From contig NZ_CAWUTS010000026.1 in NCBI RefSeq assembly GCF_963925415.1, forward strand, positions 1,776 to 65,775: DNA of 64,000 nt. The letters are read 5' to 3'. This stretch comes from an uncultured Flavobacterium sp. GTDB lineage: Bacteria; Bacteroidota; Bacteroidia; Flavobacteriales; Flavobacteriaceae. Below, piece by piece: positions 45,448 through 55,865 of this stretch. Positions within the stretch are counted from its first letter, which is position 1, and every line of letters begins with the position of its first letter. The translations under genes were made by a program, and so were the position numbers. The notes beneath the pieces are model-generated. The model was not told where the DNA came from and made no database searches. It worked only from the letters and a program-made list of their open reading frames with translations.

Positions 45448-46395
45448 TCAATTTACTTTAATTTCATCAGAAAAATTCCAGCCATTTAACAATTCCTTAG
45501 CATCCATTTTTCTTTTTCCTGGCATTTGTAGGGCTTTTACATCCATATAACCATCTAAAGTATAAATCCAAATTTCTTTTTTTGTAACCACTATTTTGCC
45601 TGCTTCAAATAGGTGTTTTTGTTCTGTGAAAGCAACGTCAAATAATTTAACATTCATTTTGTTTTCTCCATCAATAAAATAGGTCCAAGCTGCCGGATAT
45701 GGATTTAAACCTCTAATTAAATTATATATTTCAGCTCCAGTTTTTGACCAATCAATTTTGCAATTGTCTTTATTGAGTTTGTAGGCCGTTTTTAAGACCT
45801 TTGATTCAGTTTGTATGCTTGGCGTAGCTTTTTCATTTTCAATTAACGATAAGGTTTCTAAAACTGCTGTACTACCTAGTAGCATTAATCTATCGTGAAG
45901 CTGTCCAACTATTTCTGTAGTACCAATTTCTGTAGTCTTTTTTAATATAATGGCACCGGTATCAATTTTATCATCTATAAAAAATGTAGTTACTCCTGTT
46001 TTTAGTTCTCCATTTATTATCGCCCAATTAATAGGTGCTGCACCTCGATATTCAGGCAACAAGGATGCATGTAAATTAAAAGTTCCTAATTTAGGCATCT
46101 TCCAAACGGCATCAGGAAGCATTCTAAATGCAACAACTATTTGTAAATTTGCGTTTAAGCTTTTTAATTCAGATAAAAAATCTTCGTTTTTTAAATTAAT
46201 GGGTTGTAATATGTGCAAGTTGTTTGCCAAAGCATAAGCTTTTACAGCGCTGATGCTAACTTTTTGTCCACGTCCAGAAGGTTTGTCTGGAGCTGTAATT
46301 ACAGCTGCAATTTCATATTTATTTTTATTAATGGTATCTAGAATTCCAACTGCAAAGTCAGGTGTTCCCATGAATACTATTTTTAGTTTTTTCAT
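45448..46395 (-). CDS. fmt: Methionyl-tRNA formyltransferase
   Basis: FMGTPDFA, NLHASLLPEYRGAAPINWA. Confidence 0.97.
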   Translation of the reverse strand: MKKLKIVFMGTPDFAVGILDTINKNKYEIAAVITAPDKPSGRGQKVSISAVKAYALANNLHILQPINLKNEDFLSELKSLNANLQIVVAFRMLPDAVWKMPKLGTFNLHASLLPEYRGAAPINWAIINGELKTGVTTFFIDDKIDTGAIILKKTTEIGTTEIVGQLHDRLMLLGSTAVLETLSLIENEKATPSIQTESKVLKTAYKLNKDNCKIDWSKTGAEIYNLIRGLNPYPAAWTYFIDGENKMNVKLFDVAFTEQKHLFEAGKIVVTKKEIWIYTLDGYMDVKALQMPGKRKMDAKELLNGWNFSDEIKVN

Positions 46396-48281
46396 TGTTT
46401 AAAAAAATATTTATTATTTGAGTGGATTAAAATTTTATTTTGCTCTAATAGTTCCTGCAATGCAAAGATAGTTTCTTCGGTAGTTATAGAAAGTTTATTT
46501 TCAATTTCCAAAGATGAATAAGGTTCTAATTGAAGTAATGCTGCTACTTGGTGTACTAAATTTATGTTGTTTTTTTTGTTTTTCAAAATACATGTAGAGC
46601 AAATGCCACAATCTAATATAGTTTCTTGATTGAAGTAGGTGAGAAGTAACTTGTTTTTGCAAATGCTAACATTTTCAATATAGTCTACTATTTTTTTAAA
46701 TTTTTCTTCTTTTTGTTGATTTTGTGTTTCTAAAAATTTCCGAACTCTATTAATCGTTAATTCATCTTCTCGAGCTTCATTAAATGTAATATTACTATCA
46801 TTAGTGTGAATTTTTAAATGAATCACATTGCTTTGATGCATTTTGTAAATTGCTTCTAAAACATTTTTTTCTGTGGTGTTTGATTTTTTTGCTATTAAAA
46901 TAGGATTTATTGCAGTTTCCATTTCAAAAACCCCAGTATACGTTCTTAATATACTTGCAATTATTTCTTCATCGTGTGTGTTTAAACTCATATATCGAAT
47001 CACTTCTTTGCTTGGGATAATAAATTGCAAATAAATTTTTTCTGAAAATAAATTTTGCAAAGTAATAATCCCTTGTCTGTCTAAAAACCGAATACTGTTG
47101 TATGTTTTTAAAATTGGAAACTGATATTGCGAACAAAAATGATTAAGGTTAAAAGAAAAATTATCGTTATAGCCATCGCCATAAGCAATTTGAAAGTAAT
47201 TGTTGAGTTTAATATAAACATTTTTGAGAAAAGAAGTGTCTGGTAAAATCGAAATAAATTGAGATTTCGCTGAAATAATATCGGAAGAACTGGTTAATAA
47301 AATACCAAATGCTTTTTTACCGTTTCGACCAGATCGACCTACTTCTTGATAATAATTTTCTAAATTTTGAGGCAAATGAACATGAATAATCGTTTTAACA
47401 TCTGGTTTGTCAATACCCATTCCAAAAGCGTTGGTAGCCACAATAACTTGAACTTTGTTTTCCATCCAAAGCAATCTGTTTTTTTCTTTTTCTTTATGTG
47501 ATAATCCTCCGTGATAATAAGTTGAGCCAAATCCCAAATGGTTCAATTGACTCGACATATCTATACATGCTTTTCTATTGCTTACATAAATTATAGAAGA
47601 CTCTGAATTGCGACTAAGCGTTTGTTTAATTTTGGAGAGTTTATTTTCTGTTTTAATTACATGATAAGCTATGTTTTTACGTTCAAACGATTTTTTAAAT
47701 ATCTTAGGATCTTGTAAAGCCAATTGTTTAATTAGGTCATCTTGAACTTTTGCTGTAGCCGAGGCGGTTAAAGCTAAAAATGGTATCGCAGGAAAATCTT
47801 CTTTAAGCTTTGATATTTTTAAGTATGCTGGTCTAAAATCGTGACCCCATTGGCTCACACAATGAGCTTCGTCAATTGCAATTAAAGATATTTTTAATTC
47901 TTTAAGTCTATCCACAATCCAATCTTGTTGTAGTCTTTCTGGTGAAAGGTATAAAAATTTATAATTTCCAAATTGGCAATTGTCTAAAACATCAATGATT
48001 TCGTTTTGTGATATACCACCAACTAATGCAATGGCTTTTATGTCTTTTTTTTGAAGATTTTCTACCTGATCTTTCATCAATGCAATCAAGGGAGAAATAA
48101 CCAAACAAATACCATCTAAAAGTATTCCTGGAATTTGATAACAAATCGATTTTCCTCCACCAGTTGGTAATAAAACAAATGTGTCTTTACCTTCCAAAAC
48201 AGCATTTATAATTTGCTCTTGAGGATCTCTAAAGGCATCGTGTTTCCAATATTTTTGAAGAATTTGTAAGGCTTTAGACAT
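46392..48281 (-). CDS. recQ: RecQ family ATP-dependent DNA helicase
   Basis: PTGGGKS, DEAHCVSQWGHDFRP, ATNAFGMGIDK, QEVGRSGR, C-terminal Cys cluster. Confidence 0.93.
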   Translation of the reverse strand: MSKALQILQKYWKHDAFRDPQEQIINAVLEGKDTFVLLPTGGGKSICYQIPGILLDGICLVISPLIALMKDQVENLQKKDIKAIALVGGISQNEIIDVLDNCQFGNYKFLYLSPERLQQDWIVDRLKELKISLIAIDEAHCVSQWGHDFRPAYLKISKLKEDFPAIPFLALTASATAKVQDDLIKQLALQDPKIFKKSFERKNIAYHVIKTENKLSKIKQTLSRNSESSIIYVSNRKACIDMSSQLNHLGFGSTYYHGGLSHKEKEKNRLLWMENKVQVIVATNAFGMGIDKPDVKTIIHVHLPQNLENYYQEVGRSGRNGKKAFGILLTSSSDIISAKSQFISILPDTSFLKNVYIKLNNYFQIAYGDGYNDNFSFNLNHFCSQYQFPILKTYNSIRFLDRQGIITLQNLFSEKIYLQFIIPSKEVIRYMSLNTHDEEIIASILRTYTGVFEMETAINPILIAKKSNTTEKNVLEAIYKMHQSNVIHLKIHTNDSNITFNEAREDELTINRVRKFLETQNQQKEEKFKKIVDYIENVSICKNKLLLTYFNQETILDCGICSTCILKNKKNNINLVHQVAALLQLEPYSSLEIENKLSITTEETIFALQELLEQNKILIHSNNKYFFKQ

Positions 48282-48322
48282 TTAGATTTAGTTATAAAAA
48301 AGTATAAAAATACAAATGTTAT

Positions 48323-48862
48323 TTAAAAATTTAAATTTTCTATTATAAATTGCAATCTGTTTTCAACAGTATCTTTTGGAACATCAATTAGCTCATAGCC
48401 ATATTTTTTATAAGTTTTTATTAAATGTTTTTGAATTAAGATTGCCTGCTCATAGGATTCATAACGTTCACTATCACTAACGTAAATTTTTTTCCAAATG
48501 GGTAAAATAAATATTTTAGAATATATATGTGTTTTGCAGGCATCATCAAAAAAGGCTGGAACAGGGTTGCCAATATAGTCCATGTAGGCAATAACATCAG
48601 GTATGCCTCTATCAATAAAAATTAAATTTGCATTTTCTCCTTGGGCCAAATTATATTGCTTTATTCTGCTTTTTAATAATAATTCACTAAAAAGTAAGGG
48701 TTGTTCTAAAAACAATTGGTCAATTCCTTGTTGTTGTGCTTCTATGATAACTTGTCTCGATATCTCGGGATAACAAACATAGCCAGTTTGTTTTAATTGT
48801 TCTATTAATGTGCTTTTGCCAGAGCTAGGACCTCCAATAAGAAGTATGATTTGCTTATTCAT
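48323..48862 (-). CDS. P-loop ATPase/kinase (AAA_28-like)
   Basis: GGPSSGKST, FIDRGIPD, ERYE. Confidence 0.82.
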   Translation of the reverse strand: MNKQIILLIGGPSSGKSTLIEQLKQTGYVCYPEISRQVIIEAQQQGIDQLFLEQPLLFSELLLKSRIKQYNLAQGENANLIFIDRGIPDVIAYMDYIGNPVPAFFDDACKTHIYSKIFILPIWKKIYVSDSERYESYEQAILIQKHLIKTYKKYGYELIDVPKDTVENRLQFIIENLNF

Positions 48863-48988
48863 TGCTTTGAAATAAGTTACAAAAATAGTTTATTTTTTAA
48901 AAAACATACACGATTAAAAAATTATAAGTTACTTACTTTTAAGTATGAACATAAAAAAGTATATTTGCTTCAAGAAATTATGTGATAA

Positions 48989-49273
48989 ATGGATAACAAA
49001 ACTGAAGATTTTTATATTAGGCTTAAAAATGAATTAACAAACTCTACAATTTGGCCTTCAGAATATTTATTTAAGTTTATTGTACCAACCGACAAAAATA
49101 AAATTCTTACAATCGAAAAATCTTTTGATAATTTAGGAGCTGTTATTAAAACAAACACTTCTAAAAACGGAAAATATACCAGTATTTCTGTCAATGTAAC
49201 CATGAAAAATGCTCAATCTATAATAGATAAATACAAAGAATTGACTGTTATTGAAGGAATAATTTCTTTATAA
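48989..49273 (+). CDS. DUF493 (YbeD-like) protein
   Basis: WPSEYLFKFI, SKNGKYTSIS. Confidence 0.85.
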   Translation: MDNKTEDFYIRLKNELTNSTIWPSEYLFKFIVPTDKNKILTIEKSFDNLGAVIKTNTSKNGKYTSISVNVTMKNAQSIIDKYKELTVIEGIISL

Positions 49274-49294
49274 AATATAAATCAATATCAATAC

Positions 49295-49993
49295 ATGAAA
49301 CTAGATACACAAGATGCTGTTTTTAATCTAGAATATAATGCCGAGCGTTCGCATTTAATTATTCCGGAATATGGCAGACATTTACAAAAATTAATAGATT
49401 TAGCCACAGAAGTTAAAGACAAAGACGAACGAAATAAAGCGGCTAAATATATCATAGACGTAATGGGAACATTAAATCCTCATTTACGGGATGTTCCTGA
49501 CTTTCAACATAAACTTTGGGATCAATTGTTCATCATGTCTGATTTTAGATTAGAAGTTGATTCCCCATACCCCATACCTTCAAGAGAAGTTTTAAATCAA
49601 AAACCAGATCGTTTAAAATATCCTCAAAATTACCCGAAATATCGTTTTTATGGAAACAATATCAAATATATGATAGACGTTGCCAACAAATGGGAAGAAG
49701 GGGAATTAAAAAACGCACTCATTATCGTGATAGCAAATCACATGAAAAAGAGTTATCTGAGCTGGAATAAGGACACGGTCGAAGATTCGGCTGTATTTCA
49801 TCATTTATTTGAGCTCTCTGATGGTAAAATTGATTTATCTAAAACCAATGAAGAACTTTCTACTTCTTTTGATTTATTAAAAGTTAACAAGAAACAATCT
49901 AACAAAACTCAATTTGCTTCAAACGGAAAATCTTCTACAAGTCCTAAAATTAAAATTGTAAAAAAAACGAATCAAAAAAATAGAAAAGCATAA
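49295..49993 (+). CDS. DUF4290-type conserved protein
   Basis: LEYN..R..LIIPEYGRH, HKLWDQL; usual neighbour of murA in Bacteroidota. Confidence 0.82.
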   Translation: MKLDTQDAVFNLEYNAERSHLIIPEYGRHLQKLIDLATEVKDKDERNKAAKYIIDVMGTLNPHLRDVPDFQHKLWDQLFIMSDFRLEVDSPYPIPSREVLNQKPDRLKYPQNYPKYRFYGNNIKYMIDVANKWEEGELKNALIIVIANHMKKSYLSWNKDTVEDSAVFHHLFELSDGKIDLSKTNEELSTSFDLLKVNKKQSNKTQFASNGKSSTSPKIKIVKKTNQKNRKA

Positions 49994-49997
49994 TTCT

Positions 49998-51311
49998 ATG
50001 GGAACATTTAAAATTGAGGGAGGTATATCATTAAAAGGCGAAATTACACCACAAGGAGCAAAAAATGAAGCATTGCAAATTTTATGTGCTGTTTTATTAA
50101 CTTCAGAAAAAGTAACAATTTCAAATATTCCTGATATTATTGATGTTAATAAACTAATTAAACTTTTAGAAAATTTAGGAGTAAAAATAACTAAAAATAG
50201 CCAAGGAAATATCACTTTTCAAGCCGATGAGGTAAATGTAAATTATTTAGAAACAGAAGCCTTTAAAAAAGAAGGTGGCTCGCTAAGGGGTTCTATTATG
50301 ATAGTTGGGCCTTTGTTAGCTCGATTTGGAAAAGGATATATTCCAAAGCCAGGTGGTGATAAAATAGGACGCAGAAGATTAGATACTCATTTTGAAGGGT
50401 TTATAAATTTGGGAGCTAAATTTAGATACAACAACGAAGATCACTTTTATGGTGTAGAAAATACTGGAAGATTAAAAGGAGCCTATATGTTGCTTGATGA
50501 AGCATCAGTAACAGGAACAGCAAATATAGTTATGGCTGCCGTTTTAGCAGAAGGAACAACTACAATTTATAATGCTGCTTGCGAACCGTATTTACAACAA
50601 TTGTGTAAAATGTTAAATTCAATGGGGGCAAATATTAAAGGTGTTGGTTCTAATTTAATCAGCATTGAAGGTGTTGAAAAACTAGGTGCTTGTTCGCATA
50701 AAATTTTGCCTGATATGATTGAAATAGGTTCGTGGATTGGTCTTGCTGCCATGACAAAAAGCGAAATCACTATTAAAAATGTGAGTTGGGATAATTTAGG
50801 TCAAATTCCAAACGTATTTAGAAAACTAGGAATTACTTTAGAAAAAAGAGGTGATGATATTTATATACCAGAACATAAAGACGGTTACGAAGTAAAAACA
50901 GATATTGACGGTTCTATTTTAAACATTTCCGATGCTCCTTGGCCTGGGTTTACACCCGATTTATTGAGTATTATTCTTGTGGTTGCAACACAAGCAAAAG
51001 GAGATGTTTTAATTCATCAAAAAATGTTTGAAAGCAGATTGTTTTTCGTTGATAAATTAATAGATATGGGTGCTAAAATTATTCTTTGTGATCCACACCG
51101 AGCAACGGTTATGGGACACAATTTTGAATCGCAATTAAAAGCTACAACTATGTCTTCACCCGATATAAGAGCCGGAATTTCGTTATTAATTGCAGCACTT
51201 TCTGCAAAAGGCACTTCAACCATTCAAAACATTGAACAGATAGACAGAGGTTATGAGCGAATTGATGAACGATTAAGAGCTATAGGTGCTCATATTGTAA
51301 GGGTTAGTTAA
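49998..51311 (+). CDS. murA: UDP-N-acetylglucosamine 1-carboxyvinyltransferase
   Basis: GAKNEAL, PGGDKIGRR, PWPGFTPD, FESR, PDIRAG, IDRGYE. Confidence 0.97.
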   Translation: MGTFKIEGGISLKGEITPQGAKNEALQILCAVLLTSEKVTISNIPDIIDVNKLIKLLENLGVKITKNSQGNITFQADEVNVNYLETEAFKKEGGSLRGSIMIVGPLLARFGKGYIPKPGGDKIGRRRLDTHFEGFINLGAKFRYNNEDHFYGVENTGRLKGAYMLLDEASVTGTANIVMAAVLAEGTTTIYNAACEPYLQQLCKMLNSMGANIKGVGSNLISIEGVEKLGACSHKILPDMIEIGSWIGLAAMTKSEITIKNVSWDNLGQIPNVFRKLGITLEKRGDDIYIPEHKDGYEVKTDIDGSILNISDAPWPGFTPDLLSIILVVATQAKGDVLIHQKMFESRLFFVDKLIDMGAKIILCDPHRATVMGHNFESQLKATTMSSPDIRAGISLLIAALSAKGTSTIQNIEQIDRGYERIDERLRAIGAHIVRVS

Positions 51312-51384
51312 TAGAGGGTTATATCAACTTTATTATTGGTGTTGTTAATTTCTTGAAAAATTAGATGCCCTATAAATAATAATC

Positions 51385-51419
51385 AAAATCCTAATTAAGA
51401 AATAAATTGGGATTTTTTT
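51385..51419 (+). terminator. Probable terminator after murA
   Basis: AAAATCCTAATT ... AATTGGGATTTTTTT. Confidence 0.6.
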
Positions 51420-51429
51420 ATAAGTACTA

Positions 51430-52197
51430 ATGGAAACCTATATCATAATTTTACTTTGTATCGCTTCATTCGTTGCAGGATTTATTGATGCTATTGTTGG
51501 TGGTGGTGGATTAATTCAAACGCCAGCAGCTTTAATATTAATGCCTAATCAAAGTGTTGCATCTATTATTGGAACTTTAAAAATTCCTGGTTTTAGTGGC
51601 ACAAGTATCGCTTCATACCATTACCTAAAAAAAGCAACGGTTAACTGGAAGTTGTTTGGATTAATGGCAATTGTGTCATTCGTTTTTGCTTATTTAGGTT
51701 CCAGTTTATTGAATGTGATGCAAAATGATTTTATGAAACCTTTGTTGTTTGTAATATTGGTTTTATTACTTCTATATACCTATTTCAAAAAAGATTTTGG
51801 ACAATTTCAAGTGAATAAATTATCGCAAAAGCAAATTTACACTTATGCAATTATTATTTGTGTTTTTCTTGGTTTTTATGATGGATTTATTGGTCCAGGA
51901 ACAGGAAGTTTATTAATAATGGCATTTATTGCTGTTTTAGGATTTGACTTTCTTCAAGCTAATATTTATGCTAAATTAGTTAACTTGGCTACCAACATTG
52001 GTTCTATAACCTTGTTTGCTATGAAAGGAAAAATAATTTGGTCAGTAGCAATTCCTATGGCAATTTGTAACTCAACAGGCGCTTGGCTTGGGGCAAAATT
52101 AGCCATTTCAAAAGGCAATGGTTTTATACGTATTTTCTTTTTACTTATTGTTGGAATTGCATTGCTTCGTTTTGGATATGATGTGTTTATAAAATAA
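51430..52197 (+). CDS. TauE/SafE (TSUP) family membrane transporter
   Basis: AGFIDAIVGGGGLI and GFYDGFIGPGTGS. Confidence 0.92.
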   Translation: METYIIILLCIASFVAGFIDAIVGGGGLIQTPAALILMPNQSVASIIGTLKIPGFSGTSIASYHYLKKATVNWKLFGLMAIVSFVFAYLGSSLLNVMQNDFMKPLLFVILVLLLLYTYFKKDFGQFQVNKLSQKQIYTYAIIICVFLGFYDGFIGPGTGSLLIMAFIAVLGFDFLQANIYAKLVNLATNIGSITLFAMKGKIIWSVAIPMAICNSTGAWLGAKLAISKGNGFIRIFFLLIVGIALLRFGYDVFIK

Positions 52198-52223
52198 AAA
52201 AAACAGCTACTTTTCTGCTAATT

Positions 52224-54692
52224 TTAAAATTTTAAACCAAACATAAAACCATCTCCTTGATATCCATTTTGATAGCTTCTTACATAATCAATGCGCAATA
52301 TGCGAAACTTACCAAAACCAATATTATCAAAGCCTACATTAAACTCTTGGTAGGGTTTGTAGTTGGGAACATTTAATTGATGAAAACCGCTAACTAAATT
52401 CCATTGTAACTTATTTAATAACGGAATTTTATTCATTATAAAGCCTTTAAAATTATGATCCAAGTGGGTTTCAATAAAGCCATCATTTGTAGAACTTGTA
52501 TAATAAGGCAATATGCTAAACGAGTTAATTTTTCGGTCTATGTTTATGTGGGTTTGATTTCCATTAAAGTGTTTGTAATCTACAAAAGAAATTTGGTCTG
52601 CATTAAAAAACATCCCAGCATGTATCATAGAACGAAAACTCCCTTTATTGCTTAGTGTTTTGTTGTATGTTATGCTTGCCGAAATAAAATCGTATTTATA
52701 ATTTTCGTTACTAGCTGAAAATGCTTTTTGATAATTAAAATACAATGTTGGAAAATCTGCATCTTGCAACGTAATTTTTCTATCAGGTCTTGATATGTAT
52801 TTTTGTCCAAATCTAACCCTTGCTGATACTTGCCCTTTAATAATGTGGTGTTCGTTAAATGGTGCAGAAGTATTGTTTAACGGCTGCAGTGGATCATTTG
52901 AGGTGTATACATCATCCTTTTTAATTAAAGTATAATTTGTTGTATTGAATACAGATTTTCTTTTTTCATAAATTAATCCAGTACTCATATATAATCCATT
53001 TGTAACTTCTTGACCATAAGATACCTGCGCAAATTTTTTCTCATAAATTTTAATGAAATTATTTTTGAAAAATAAGGTGCTAATGCTGTTTAAAAATTTA
53101 CTAATGGGCTCCTCATTATTAAATTGAGCGACATCTACACCCCCTGAAATTGAAAACGAAGCAAAATTTTGAAGGTTAAACCTATGATTAAAGCTTCCCG
53201 AAACGCGTAATTTATCGTCAGATAAGCCATAATTGAAGTTTGAGTTTATGAAAGTTTTTTTTCCGTTGTCATCATTAGATCGCGAAAAAGAAAAACCTGT
53301 ATTAAAATTATAACCCTGAACCGTATTAAAACTAGTTGACATAATGTCGGAAATTCCTTTATAGCTTAAAGACCAATTTTTAAAACTGTTTTTAAATGTA
53401 TATCCATTGATGAGGTCAAAAAGTTTGAATTTGTTATTCTTAGTGTCTAATGAATCTAAAAAGGGTTTAGAATTTCGCAATTTTGAAATGCTGTCTTTTC
53501 TAACATACGTTACTGTTTCTTCATTAGATAAAGGTACTTGTCTGTTTGATGTCCAATATGAATCTTCTTTTTTATTAGCCTTTTCTTCAAATGAGATAAC
53601 CTCTTTTCCAAAGGTTTTAGAAGCAAATTCTTCTTTAAATACATAATTTGAAAATACGTGTGTAAACTTTCCTGTAAAGCCTATTCCAAAAATTCCGGCA
53701 CTAAAATCTAAAGATTGCACATTTTTAACCCATAAATTAGTTACTTTATTGAAACTAAAATTTTGTTGTAATTTCATGTTTTCTAAAATGGGTTCTTGCA
53801 TACGATATCCTTTTATGTCTAAATCAACACCATATATAGCCCAAGAATCTTCTACAATAAAGATATAGCCTTCAAAAACAGGTTCTTTATCGCGTTTAGG
53901 TGTTACTAAAATTTTATTAATCAAATTATTATTGTCATCATAAAAAGTGCTTTCTAACTTAAATTTGTAATAATTGAAAGCATTATCTGCAATTGGAGAA
54001 ACCATGTTAAAATCAAAATCAACATAGTTTTCATAAAAATCATAATTGGTGTTTAATGCGGTGTTATAACTAAATCCCTTGCTGTCACCAGCAGTTTTGC
54101 TAGCAACAATAATTTCTTTTAATTTATCTGGTTTTTGAACTTTTATTTTTGAAACGGTTTCTGATAAGTAAATAACGCCACTTCTGGTTAATGAATCTAT
54201 ATCGCCGTCCATGTCGCCAATTTGTTGACCCATAATTTTTTTTGGAAGATTTTTTACCCTAAAAATACCTCTAGAATAAAAATCGGCTTCAAATTTGTCG
54301 GTTTTTGAGCTGTTAATTTTTTTAAATTTTAAGACATTTCGGATGATTTGATTTGCAGGATTTTCTCCATTTGTCAACACTATTTCGGTTAAATTATAAC
54401 TTTCTTCCAACAGTGTAACATTACTGATAACTGGGAATGTATCAGTTGATATTGTTTTTTTTTGCGTTTTGTAGCCTAAATATTGATAAATAAGTGTAAT
54501 GTTTTTTTTGTCGGAATAGTTAAGTTCGTAATTTCCGTTTTCGTTTGAAGTGGTTCCTGTATAGGTATTTTCAATATAAACACTTACAAATGCTAAAGGT
54601 TGGCCTTTGTTGTCGGTTATACTACCTTTAATTTGGGCAAAAAAAGAAATTGAAAAAAAACATAATATTAGTGTATATAAGTTGTTGTTCAT
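52224..54692 (-). CDS. Outer-membrane protein with N-terminal carboxypeptidase-regulatory-like domain (DUF5686-type)
   Basis: Signal peptide; GSITD..GQPLAFVSV..GTTSNENG; SPIAD.A..YYKF; terminal Phe. Confidence 0.8.
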   Translation of the reverse strand: MNNNLYTLILCFFSISFFAQIKGSITDNKGQPLAFVSVYIENTYTGTTSNENGNYELNYSDKKNITLIYQYLGYKTQKKTISTDTFPVISNVTLLEESYNLTEIVLTNGENPANQIIRNVLKFKKINSSKTDKFEADFYSRGIFRVKNLPKKIMGQQIGDMDGDIDSLTRSGVIYLSETVSKIKVQKPDKLKEIIVASKTAGDSKGFSYNTALNTNYDFYENYVDFDFNMVSPIADNAFNYYKFKLESTFYDDNNNLINKILVTPKRDKEPVFEGYIFIVEDSWAIYGVDLDIKGYRMQEPILENMKLQQNFSFNKVTNLWVKNVQSLDFSAGIFGIGFTGKFTHVFSNYVFKEEFASKTFGKEVISFEEKANKKEDSYWTSNRQVPLSNEETVTYVRKDSISKLRNSKPFLDSLDTKNNKFKLFDLINGYTFKNSFKNWSLSYKGISDIMSTSFNTVQGYNFNTGFSFSRSNDDNGKKTFINSNFNYGLSDDKLRVSGSFNHRFNLQNFASFSISGGVDVAQFNNEEPISKFLNSISTLFFKNNFIKIYEKKFAQVSYGQEVTNGLYMSTGLIYEKRKSVFNTTNYTLIKKDDVYTSNDPLQPLNNTSAPFNEHHIIKGQVSARVRFGQKYISRPDRKITLQDADFPTLYFNYQKAFSASNENYKYDFISASITYNKTLSNKGSFRSMIHAGMFFNADQISFVDYKHFNGNQTHINIDRKINSFSILPYYTSSTNDGFIETHLDHNFKGFIMNKIPLLNKLQWNLVSGFHQLNVPNYKPYQEFNVGFDNIGFGKFRILRIDYVRSYQNGYQGDGFMFGLKF

Positions 54693-54745
54693 AAAAGGTG
54701 TTTGAAAAAATGGATTTAAAAAGGGAACTAAAGATTAAAAATAAA

Positions 54746-55159
54746 CTACAAAAAAGACTCAACGGCTAAATCATAACTTTTAAGCCCAAAGCCAATGATT
54801 ATTCCGTTTGCATTTGGAGAAATAAAAGATTGATGGCGAAAAGATTCTCTTGAAAAAGTATTAGATATATGTACTTCAATTACTGGAGTTGTAATTGCTT
54901 TTACAGCATCACCAATTCCAACGGAAGTATGCGTATAGGCACCTGCATTAATAATTATTCCATTTGAAGTAAAACCAAATTCTTGAATTTTATCGATCAA
55001 CTCTCCTTCAATATTACTTTGATAATAAGTAAAATTAATATTCGGATATTTTGTTTTAAGTTGAGTTAAATAAGTTTCAAAAGTGATATTCCCATAAACT
55101 TCTGGTTCTCTTTTACCTAATAAATTTAGATTAGGCCCGTTAATAATAAGTATGTTCAT
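54746..55159 (-). CDS. aroQ: Type II 3-dehydroquinate dehydratase
   Basis: INGPNLNLLGKREPEVYG, AYTHTS, EVHISN..RE.FRH. Confidence 0.97.
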   Translation of the reverse strand: MNILIINGPNLNLLGKREPEVYGNITFETYLTQLKTKYPNINFTYYQSNIEGELIDKIQEFGFTSNGIIINAGAYTHTSVGIGDAVKAITTPVIEVHISNTFSRESFRHQSFISPNANGIIIGFGLKSYDLAVESFL

Positions 55160-55236
55160 ATTTTTTCTTTGTGTAAAAATATAAAAACCTGCTTAGGATA
55201 TATATGTTTTAATATTAATTTATGAAATTATTTCTA

Positions 55237-55779
55237 TTAAAATATAAAGCCAACAGAAAACTGTACTGCAGCATTTTTAATTTCAGTATCTCTTCTAATT
55301 TCAGTAACGCCTAAATTATAACGCGCTGATGCAAATATGTTTTTTGATAAATTAATTCCTAAACCAGCATTTACAGAAAAATCTGATTTGTTATAGTCAT
55401 TATAAACGTCGTCTTTATTGATCAACAAAAAAGAGGCTTGTGGTCCAAGTTCTATATAAAATAATTCCGATAAATTAAATTTTGCGATAAGTGGAATAGA
55501 AATATAACCCAATTCACTTTTAATGTTTTCTATAGTATTTGTGTAAGTTGCACCAACAGTAGAGTAAAACAATTCGGGTTGTATGGCAAGATTATCAAAC
55601 AATTGCATTTCATATAAAATACCTACATGATAACTTGTAATGGCATCTGTTTGTATTTCAGTATTGATGAAATTTGCATAATTTAATCCAGCTTTTACGC
55701 CAAAATTAAAATTAGATTGAGCATGTATAGTTGTGCTTAATGATAATATTGCAACAATTAAGAGGGTATTTTTTTTCAT
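55237..55779 (-). CDS. Small outer-membrane beta-barrel (porin family) protein
   Basis: Signal peptide; FGVKAGLN, IQPELFYS, YISIP, GPQ, ARYNLG; terminal Phe. Confidence 0.85.
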   Translation of the reverse strand: MKKNTLLIVAILSLSTTIHAQSNFNFGVKAGLNYANFINTEIQTDAITSYHVGILYEMQLFDNLAIQPELFYSTVGATYTNTIENIKSELGYISIPLIAKFNLSELFYIELGPQASFLLINKDDVYNDYNKSDFSVNAGLGINLSKNIFASARYNLGVTEIRRDTEIKNAAVQFSVGFIF

Positions 55780-55865
55780 TGAAATATATTTTAACAAATA
55801 TAAAGTAATATTTTAAAATTATATTTGTAAAGCGTTTAAATTATTTTTTTTTGTAAATTTGATAT

